DNA of 16,524 nt, taken from the NCBI RefSeq assembly GCF_006345805.1, contig NW_021825049.1, positions 1 to 16,524 on the forward strand. The letters run 5' to 3'. Below the pieces are notes generated by a model, which was not told the DNA's origin, ran no database searches, and saw only the letters and a list, made by a program, of their open reading frames with translations. Shown here in pieces: positions 7,463-16,524 of this stretch; the first letter of the stretch is position 1; every line of letters starts with the position of its first letter. This stretch comes from Octopus sinensis. Lineage: Eukaryota. The translations under genes and the position numbers were made by a program.

Positions 7463-8573
7463 CACAACAACCGTACCGGTTGAGCACGTCATCGACGGCA
7501 TGGTACAACCAGCAGCATTACATATCGCCAAACTATACCACCACCACCACCACCACCACCACCACTAGCACCAGCACCGCCGCCGACCACCACCACCACC
7601 ACCACCACCACCACCACCACCACCCCACCACCGACCACCAGCACCACCACCAGCACCACCACCATCACCACCAGCAGCAGCAAGCAGCAGCAGCAGCACC
7701 AGCACCACCACCACCACCACTAGCACCAGCACGCCGCCGCCTCACCACCACCACCACCACCACCACCACCACCACACCACCACCACCACAACCACCACCA
7801 CACCACCACCAACACCACCACCACCAACAACACCCACAAAACAACCACCACCACCACCACCACCACCACCACACCATACTAGCACCACCACCACCACCAC
7901 TATGCAGCACCAGCATCAGCACCAGCACATCATACACCATCACCACCACCACTAGCACCATGCACCACCATACTACCACCACCACCACCACCACCACCAG
8001 CACCACCACCATACTAACCACCACCACCACCATACCACCACCACTAGCACCACCACCACCACCATACTATCACCACCACCACCACCACTAGCACCAGCAT
8101 CAGCACCAGCACCATCATACTACCATCACCACCACCACTAGCACCAGCACCACCATACTACCACCACCACCACCAGCACCACCACCATACTACCACCACC
8201 ACCACCATACCACCACCACCACCACCACCACCACCACCATACTAGCACCACCACCACCACCACTAGCACCAGCACCACCATACTACCACCACAACCACCA
8301 CCACCATACTAGCACCACCATACTAGCACCACCACCACCACCACCACCATCATACTACGATCACCACCACCACTAGCACCAGCATCACCATACTACCACC
8401 ACCACCACCACCACCACCACCACCACCATACTACCACCACCACCACCACCATACTACCACCACCACCACCACCACCAGCACCACCACCATACTACCACCA
8501 CACCACCACCATACTACCACCACCACCACCACTAGCACCAGCACCGCCACCGCCGCCGCCGCCGCCGCCGCCA
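7410..8573. repeat. Complex trinucleotide array (ACT)n-(ACC)n with AGC, catact and ctagca variants, ending in (GCC)n
   Basis: About 1.16 kb, C/A-rich on the plus strand, with recurring higher-order units such as accatactagcaccacc. Confidence 0.95.
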
Positions 8574-8794
8574 TTGAGATTAGCTGTTTTAACGTTCGCT
8601 TAATTTGAGGCTTGTTTCTCGCGACTACTTATTTGATGTTGTAATAACACTCGAGCGGAGAGCAGAGAGTTGGTTTGGCCGGCAGCAGTGAAGAGCCGAG
8701 GTAGACGTGTGTGTTTGTTGCTTATCCGAGCTAAGTATGGATGGCCGTATTAGAAGCCGATGTGTAAATAGGCGCGTAACCACCCACCTCATCT

Positions 8795-9330
8795 GTGTAT
8801 GTATATATTCATGCTACACACACACACCACACACACACACACACACATTCATATATGTATCGAAATATATACTTATACGCATGTATGTATGTATGTATGT
8901 ATGTATATATATATATGTGTGTATATGAATTTATATATAATTATGCATACGTATACACACACACATATCGATCAGTGTGCGCGTGTATATCGTAATAACG
9001 CATTAGGGAATAAACTAGGAACTAGCTAGCAGCTATATACACTCACCCCCACTGTATGTTATCTATATATACATATATATACATGTGTGTGTGTGTGCGT
9101 GTGTGTGTCTGTATATATACTATATAAATATATATATATATATATATATACATAATAATATATATATATAAAATATATATATACATATATATACATATAT
9201 ATATATACACACATATATATATACGTTTTACTTACACATGCGTATGTCCATACATATACACAGATATATTTACATGTGTGCGTGTCCATACACGCATACA
9301 TTTGCGCACGCACACACATACACACACACA
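8795..9330. repeat. Mixed (CA)/(TA)/(GTAT) microsatellite region with short unique spacers
   Basis: Directly visible. Confidence 0.85.
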
Positions 9331-9617
9331 ATTCTCCACTAAAGAAAGAGCATCGAACAGCCTTTCCAGTGTGTTATGTTATCAAATCACAAATTCATAA
9401 ATTAGTCGAAAGACTGGACTGGAGGAGGGGGAGGAGGAAGAGGAGAAGGTGGGTGGTTATCCATTCGTAAATCTGGTTCTGTTTCTTCTGATAAACTCAT
9501 AACAATTCTTCCATATTCTTTGCTGTCTTTGACTGGAGTTTCGAATAGAATTGCAAGAAAATGTCGAAAACTCACCTGGTATTATTCAATCCGTTTTGAG
9601 AAACCGATTTTTAAGAA

Positions 9618-9646
9618 AGTAGTAGTAGTAGTAGTAGTAGTAGTAG
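9618..9646. repeat. (AGT)n microsatellite
   Basis: Directly visible. Confidence 0.95.
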
Positions 9647-9660
9647 CAGCAACAGCAGTG

Positions 9661-10014
9661 TGGAGGCGCAATGGCTCAGTGGTTAGGGCAGCTTACTCGC
9701 GGTCGGAGGATCACGGTTTCGATTCCCAGACCGGGGGCGTTGTGTGTGTTTATTGAGCGAAAACACCTAAAAGCTCCACGAGGCTCCGGCAGGGGGTGGG
9801 GTGGCGACCCCTGTTGTACTCTTTCGCTCCAACTTTCTCTCACTCTTTCTTCTTCCTGTTTCTTGTCCCCGACTTCCTACGCAACCGCTGAGCCTGGATG
9901 GGCATTCATCCATCCGTTGATGCTCTCGGTGTCGGGGGTTGACCTGCTTTCTCTTCTGCGGGTCTTACGAATAGCAAAGCACCACTAGGACGAAGACGCT
10001 ACGCACAACATCAA
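9661..10014 (+). mobile_element. SINE family C, tRNA-derived head, apparently full length with a TSD
   Basis: A box TGGCTCAGTGG (9672-9682), B box GGTTTCGATTCCC (9715-9727). Flanks cagcaacagcagtg (9647-9660) and cagcagcagcagtg (10015-10028) match at 13/14. Possibly one of the described octopus tRNA-derived SINE families (OK/OR1/OR2); I cannot assign it without a search. Confidence 0.8.
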
Positions 10015-10544
10015 CAGCAGCAGCAGTGGTTGAACAGGCATTACGTAACGATGATCGACCATTCCGAACGCTTTTATCTGACCGAGTGAATTTGATTTCC
10101 AGCCCTCTATATCATGCATAGCATCAGGAAGACGTGGATGGATTTGTTTGGGTCTGCGCAATTTTTCGCTTCCCCGATCATCCTATTGACGATAAACGCC
10201 AACCTCCTCGTTAACGCTTTGGTCAAATATTTTAAACTCTGTTGTGTCTGGGGAGAGTCATTTTCCTTTTGTTGCTTATTATTTAACGCACTCACCGGTA
10301 AAATTTCCACTTTTTTCTTATTTTTATTGTCCTAAAGAATCTTGCAAACCAAATCCCAAAACGAAATTTTAAACTCTGCTTTCAATATAAAGTTATCTAT
10401 TACCTCCCTTTTCTCTTTTTTCCTTTCTCAGGGGTGCTCTCTGCTTTCTTTCAGTGGGTAAAAGTTCCAGTCTATCAACGCATAGGGGTTTAATAGAGGG
10501 AAAGAGCAACAACGTTCTCACTGAAGCTCGGGCGTCGATTAATA

Positions 10545-10765
10545 TATTTCTTTATTGCCCACAAGGGGCTAAACATGGAGGGGACAAACAAGGTCAGACA
10601 AAGGGATTAAGTCGATTACATCGACCCCAGTACGAAACTGGTACTTTATCTATCGACCCCGAAAGGATGAAAGGCAAAGTTGACCTCGGCGGAATTTGAA
10701 CTCAGAACGAAACGGCAGATGAAATACTCCTAAGCATTTCGCCCGGCGCGCTAACGTGTCTGCCA
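10545..10765 (-). mobile_element. SINE family B monomer, type 1 tail
   Basis: Reverse complement tggcagacacgttagcgcgccgggcgaaatgcttagg...gagttcaaattccgccgagg...gccccttgtgggcaataaagaaata matches 11278-11497. Confidence 0.93.
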
Positions 10766-11267
10766 CTGGCCGGTATATCTCGGGGCATTCTCGATCAGAG
10801 ACTACAATGGACAGTTTCGGAAAGCTGTTAGTCGACCGATGCTACGGGAGGCTCTAGCTGTTTGAGATGAGCTCTATAGGTACGGAGGAGCTGCAGTCCT
10901 GCGTGAAACAAAGACCGAAACTGGGCGCCTGGCATATAGAATGTCGTTTGGCACTAACTGTTTTCTATTAGTCGTCAAATAGTGTCAATAGATATTCCAC
11001 TGTAGCAATCGAGAGTTAACGTGGTAAAGAGCAACGGCATTCTCGGTGAGACTCTGGCTTTCGATGCAAACGAACTGGTTAGCTTGTTCCTGGCGTCTCT
11101 ACTTGTTCGATACATGTGCTCTACGGATACGGGGATACCATCAGAAGGGTCTGTACGAGATTCGCGCAGAGTGACGATAGCGTTCTGCACGCACTTCTTT
11201 ACAGTTCGGGCATTACTAACTTGTGAAGTTATGCTGAACAGCTGTTGCTGTGGGGAGGACGGTACTA

Positions 11268-11668
11268 GGCGGTGAGCTGGCAGAATCGTTAGCACGCCGG
11301 GCGAAGTGCTTAGCGGTATTTCGTCTGTCTTTACGTTCTGAGTTCAAATTCCGCCGAGGTCGACTTTGCCTTTCATCCTTTCGGGGTCGATTAAATAAGT
11401 ACCAGTTACGCACTGGGATCGATATAATCGACTTAATCCGTTTGTCTGTCCTTGTTTGTCCTCTCTATGTTTAGCCCCTTGTGGGTAGTAAATAATAGGT
11501 ATTTCGTCTGTCTTTACGTTCTGAGTTCAAATTCCGCCGAGGTCGACTTTGCCTTTCATCTTTAGGGGTCGATTAAATAAGTATGGGATCGATGTAATTG
11601 ACTTAATCCGTTTGTCTGTCCTTGTTTGTCCCCTCTGTGTTTAGCCCCTTGTGGGTAATAAAGAAATA
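11268..11668 (+). mobile_element. SINE family B head-to-tail dimer with a TSD
   Basis: tRNA-like head (GGCGG 11268 pairs with CCGCC 11351; A box TGGCAGAATCG; B box GTTCAAATTCC). Units 11315-11497 (183 bp) and 11498-11668 (171 bp, with a 12-nt deletion). ggtactagg occurs at both 11261-11269 and 11669-11677. Confidence 0.95.
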
Positions 11669-11959
11669 GGTACTAGGTACCAGCTGTGTTTGTAATAACG
11701 ATTACCACTCCGCAAACCTTAAATCGCGTAGACAACTGGTTTCTCTGGTTGTTATAGTGCAAGAGGTTGTGTGGTGGACGAAATGAAAGGAACGAGGACA
11801 GAGACTTACCTCTTTGTCTGGACCCCACATCAACGTTTTCAGGTTTCACACGAAAACCAAGGTGCGAGTGGAAAGGCTAGGTGCTGTCCACGAGTGAGTT
11901 TATTGAAAAGTGAATGAGAATAGTGAAATTGATAAGAGTGGACGGTACTGCTCCAAGTC

Positions 11960-12122
11960 GGAGAGAGCGTCAGAAGAAGAGAGAGAGAGAAAGAGAGAGA
12001 AAAGGGGAGGAAGAGAGAGAGAGAGAGAAAAGGGGGGAAGAGAGAAAGAGAGAGAGAAAGAAGGGGAGGAAGAGAGAGAGAGAGAGAGAAAAGGGGAGGG
12101 AGAGAGAGAGAGAAGAAAAGGG
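11960..12122. repeat. Purine-only (GA)n/GGGGA tract
   Basis: Directly visible polypurine tract with H-DNA potential. Confidence 0.9.
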
Positions 12123-12209
12123 AAAGCTTTGCACGTCGATGTCCAGGAAACGTTGGTTGAATAAGTCCCTCGATTGATCCTGGAGGTCCTCCTTTATCAG
12201 GACGATTGC

Positions 12210-12386
12210 TTCATCATCATCATTATCCTCACCAACGCCTCCTCCTCCTCCTCCTCCTCAACATCAACATCATCATCATCTCTCCTCCACATCCTCCTCA
12301 TTATCATCATCATCATCATCATCAACATCATCATCATCTCTCCTCCTCCACCTCCTCCTCCTCCTCATCATCATCATCATCAACAC

Positions 12387-12427
<41 letters not shown>

Positions 12428-13390
12428 ACATCATCATCATCTCTCCTCCTCTTCCTCCTCCTCCCCTCATCATCATCAAATCTCAATCTCATTCAACATC
12501 ATCATCATTCCTCCTCCTCCTCACATCATCATCATCAACATCATCATCATCATCATCATCATCATCCCCTCCTTCTCCTCCTCATCAACATCATCATCAT
12601 CTCCCTCCTCCACCTCCACTCCACCTCCTCCTCATCATCATCAACATCATCATCATATCATCATCATCATCTCATCATCATCAACTCATCATCATCTCTC
12701 TCCTCCTCTCCTCCTCCTTCCTCATCATCATCAACATCATCATCATCTTCTCTCCCCTCCTCCTCCCTCATCATTCAATCATCATCATCATCTCATCATC
12801 CCCTCCTTCTCTCCTCATCAACATCATCATCATCATCTCTCCTCCCCCTCCTCATCATCATCATCTCTCCTTCATCATCAACATCATCATCATCTCTCCT
12901 CCTCCACCTCCACCTCCTCCTCCTCCTCATCATCATCAACATCATCATCATCATCATCATCATCTCATCATCATCATCAAAATCATCATCATCTCTCCTC
13001 CTCATCATCATCAACATCATCTCTCCTCCTCATCATCATCAACATCATCTCTCCTCCTCACCAACATCATCATCATCTCTCCTCCTCCTCCTCCTCATCA
13101 TCATCATCAACATCATCATCATCATCATCATCATCCCCTCCTTCTCCTCCTCATCAACATCATCATCATCATCTCTCCTCCCCCTCCTCATCATCATCAT
13201 CTCTCCTCCTCCTCCTCCTCATTATCATCTTCGTCAATAACAGGAAAATGCTTTCTCTATCGAACCACATGAAACCACCATCACCATCACCATCACCACC
13301 ATGGTTCTCACCACCACCATCACCATCACCATCACCACCACCAACACGGTTCTCACCACCATCATCATCACCATCAACATCATCAACATC
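12210..13390. repeat. Complex (CAT)/(CCT)/(CAA)/(CAC) trinucleotide array
   Basis: About 1.18 kb nearly G-free on the plus strand; recurring block catcatcccctccttctcctcctcatcaacatcatc near 12560, 12795 and 13130. Confidence 0.95.
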
Positions 13391-13614
13391 AGATTCATTT
13401 CCCCGCGATCAGCCTTTCTATTATAACTATTGATCAGTCGACTGTGATTGATTAAGCCCTCTCGATATTTACATTTATTTATTCTTTCTGTCTTTCTTTT
13501 CTTCTTTCTTAATTTCTTTCTTAGTTTCACTCTTCTTTTTTTTCTTTCTTTTCATCATTCTTCAATTTCTTCCTCGACTCATTCTGTCTGTATTGACTCA
13601 AGAGTCAACAACCA

Positions 13615-14107
13615 GTATGTGTGTATGTGTGTGTATGTATGTGTGTGTGTATGCATGCATGTATGTATGTATGTATGTATGTATGTATGTATGTATGTAT
13701 GTATGTATGTATGTGTGTATGTGTGCGTGTGTATGTATGTATGTATGTATGTGTGTATGTATGTATGTATGTATGTATGTATGTATGTATGTATGTATGT
13801 ATGTATGTATGTGTGTATGTGTGCGTGTGTATGTATGTATGTATGTATGTATGTATGTCTGTATGTATGTATGTATGTATGTGTATGTGTGTATATATGT
13901 ATGTATGTGTGTGTATGTATGTATGTATGCATGTATGTATGTGTGTATGTATGTATGTATATATGTATACATGCATGCATGTATGTATGTATGTGTGTAT
14001 GTATGTATGTATGTTTGTATGTGTGTATGTATGTGTGCGTGTATGTATGTATGTATGTATGTATGTATGTATGTATGTTTGTATGTGTGTATGTATGTAT
14101 GTATGTA

Positions 14108-14138
<31 letters not shown>

Positions 14139-14467
14139 ATGTATGTATGTATGTATGTATGTATGTATGGATGTGTGTATGGTGCGTGTGTATGTATGTA
14201 TGTATGTATGTTGTATGTCTGTATGTATGTATGTATGTATGTGTATGTTTGTATATATGATGTGTGTGTGTATGATGTAGTATGCATGTATGTATGTGTG
14301 TATGTATTGTATGTATATATGTATACATGCATGCATGTATGTATGTATGTGTGTATGTATGTATGTATGTTTGTATGTGTGTATGTATGTGTGCGTGTAT
14401 GTATGTATGTATGTATGTATGTATGTATGTATGTATGTTTGTATGTGTGTATGTATGTATGTATGTA

Positions 14468-14498
<31 letters not shown>

Positions 14499-14735
14499 AT
14501 GTATGTATGTATGTGTGCGTGTATGTATGTATGTGTGTGTGTATGCATGTATGTACGAATGTATATAAGTTTGCATGCATACATGTACAAATGTATGTCC
14601 GAGTGTATGTTATTATACGTACGTACGTGCGTATGTATGTACATTCCGACGTACTTGCGTATGTTTATATGTAAACATATATGTATACGTACGTAAGTAT
14701 ATAAGGACACTTATACGCATGTATATGTATATATT
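13615..14735. repeat. (GTAT)n/(GT)n array with an approximately 356-bp higher-order duplication
   Basis: The landmark atatgtatacatgcatgcat occurs at 13961 and 14317, followed by about 200 bp with the same variant order. Confidence 0.95.
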
Positions 14736-15136
14736 TAAGTATCATTCTTCGGAACTGAAGTTCTTCGCCGAATTCAAACTGTTTGACATAGGTCTGCGTC
14801 TGAATCAGCAACTCCTCTGATCTTGAATATGTGATTGAGTTTCTGTGTCCAAATATGTAGGTGCGAGTATGAATATAAATACTTTCGTGTGATAGGTGCA
14901 CATATCTCCTTTAATGTATGTGTTTCTTTGCTCTTTACAGCTGTCTGTTTCCTCCTCGTATCTGGATGTGTCTATTCCAGGAGGCCCAAGCAGAAAGTCT
15001 TCGCAGCGCCTGTATACTTTGTTCTGTTTTGAAGAGCCCTAACATCTGTTGTTACATATATATGTGCCCTAGGATATGTAACATCTGTCCTTACACATCC
15101 CACAGCATGTATAACAGAGACACACACAAGAAAAAT

Positions 15137-15530
15137 TTAGCACGACGGGCGAAATGCTTAGCGGTATTTCGTCTGCCGTTACGTTCTGAGTTCAAATTCT
15201 TCCGAGGTCGACTTTGCCTTTTATCCTTTCGGAGTCGATAAATTAAGTACCAGTTACGCACTGGGGTCGATGTAATCGACTTAATACTTATGTCTGTCCT
15301 TGTTTGTTCCCTCTGTGTTTAGCCCCTTGTGGGTAATAAAGAAATAGGTATTTCGTCTGCCGTTACGTTCTGATTTCAAATTCCGCCGAGGTCGACTTTG
15401 CCTTTCATCCTTTCGGAGTCGATAACTTAAGTACCAGTTACGCACTGGGGTCGATGTAATCGACTTAATACCTTTGTCTGTCATTGTTTGTCCCCTCTAT
15501 GTTTAGCTCCTTGTGGGTAATAAAGAAATA
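15137..15530 (+). mobile_element. SINE family B head-to-tail dimer, slightly 5'-truncated
   Basis: Units 15163-15346 and 15347-15530 (184 bp each) joined at aaagaaata|ggtatttcgtc. Confidence 0.95.
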
Positions 15531-16023
15531 AATTCATAACCAGAATGTGAGAGCTGGAATTCTTCATTCGTTTACCATAGATATTCGGTAGAATTCTGGT
15601 TTAAGCATTCTATATAATCCCTCATGACTTTTTTTTTTATTTTACGGAATTCTAATAAAAGTTTTGCGAATTTGTGTTCTACACACGGGAGTTCACACGA
15701 TTATGAAACAAAATAATTTTTTCTTCAAATCCTCCCCCGCATTCATAAATCCTAAGATTTCCACTGTTTTACGAATTTTCTTCTAAAATCAGTTTCAAAA
15801 ACAGACAGTCCAATGTTTTTGCTTAAATCCCAGCAATGGATCACCCTTGCATCATCATTCGATTAAATGTATTTATGATGAGAAAAATACTGAAAAATAT
15901 TAATACATGCCAGAGTGACAAAGAAAGAAGGACGGTGGTCGTGGGATGTGCTAAAAGCAACATCTAAATCGCCCTTACATCACACACACAATTTTTTTCT
16001 TTTTACATAATCATATGAATTCG

Positions 16024-16350
16024 CTTACTCTATCGGTAACTTTTTGCCGAAGCGCTTCGTTTAAAACGATACCTGTTATGAAGCGGTGGAGGGACAACAC
16101 CAACACAAAGACACACACGCGCACACAAAGACACACACGCGCACACAAAGACACACACACGCATATTTAGGTATATAAAACATGCTTTTCCAGAGTTTCT
16201 GTCCACAAAATTCCCTCACAAGATATTCGTCGATTAGGGACTTTAGTAAAAAAAAGCATTTGACCAACTTGCTGCGCAGAGGGACTGAACCTGAATTCAA
16301 GTGGCTACAAAGGGAGGGAGCTTCTTAACGACATAATCATGTCAGCGTCT
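16024..16350 (-). mobile_element. SINE family A, diverged, with internal 20-bp tandem repeat
   Basis: Reverse complement gives ttaagaagct...caggttcagtccctctgcgc...ggtcaaatgc...cttgtgaggga...; internal acacaaagacacacacgcgc x3 (16103-16162); tail remnant tttttgccgaagcgct and tatcggt on the plus strand. Confidence 0.8.
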
Positions 16351-16524
16351 CTTTGAGGAAGAGAAACGTTTTCGTGCAAGCGTTCAGCTTTGATTGCGCG
16401 GCTTCTTATAGCAAAAACATCCACCAGTTAATAGAGTTGATTACACGACCTTGTTCTCTTACGTATTATGCATATTATGTATATATTCGATAATACACAC
16501 ACACCACACACACATCTATTCTCT

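Noticed and set aside
7290-8091. Poly-His/Thr/Gln/Ala ORFs resembling transcription-factor low-complexity regions
   Set aside because: They lie within the ACC/ACT array, with frame shifts and TAG stops and no recognisable domain on either side.
9661-9735. Possible tRNA gene
   Set aside because: A and B boxes are present, but there is no clean cloverleaf or poly-T terminator, and it continues into a SINE body with a TSD.
9941-9980. HDV-like ribozyme in the SINE-C tail (gacctgc/gcgggtc, cgaata)
   Set aside because: Only 10 nt lie inside the putative P1, too few for P2, P3 and L3.
10296-10457. Candidate small exons (minus 10296-10331; plus 10432-10457) and minus-strand donors near 650, 9576 and 11810
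   Set aside because: Phases and strands cannot be joined into a consistent gene model, and such signals are expected by chance in AT-rich DNA.
11030-11230. Faint RTE reverse-transcriptase resemblance (RLYLFDTCALRIRGY...LQFGH)
   Set aside because: Motif spacing is too short, in-frame stops intervene, and no other RT motifs are present.
12174-13433. 419 aa and 344 aa His/Ser-rich ORFs
   Set aside because: All frames of the G-free triplet array are open; homopolymer runs shift between frames, and there is no unique coding flank or splice support.
13448-14710. Many 200-370 aa ORFs (MYVC/HTYI repeats)
   Set aside because: They are translations of the (GTAT)n array, which lacks stop codons by composition.

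Overview
This is AT-rich, repeat-dominated eukaryotic non-coding DNA (intronic or intergenic). It is most likely from an octopus genome; that is an inference from the recognisable tRNA-derived SINE families and extreme microsatellite density, not from a database search. No protein-coding gene can be supported: the long ORFs are artefacts of simple repeats. The window holds about 12 copies or fragments of three tRNA-headed SINE families (my labels A, B, C), a mariner transposase C-terminal remnant, a probable hAT/Charlie terminus, a 43-bp minisatellite, and many di-, tri- and tetranucleotide arrays, some over 1 kb. The most interesting signals are: (1) three short elements next to microsatellite arrays that carry hammerhead-ribozyme-shaped motifs, the best having the full minimal type I layout with a U3-A8 core variant, suggestive of Penelope-like element relics; (2) two independent SINE-B head-to-tail dimers with the same junction, whose monomers share locus-specific variants; (3) a 40-bp near-perfect inverted repeat. 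All alignments and folds were done by eye.
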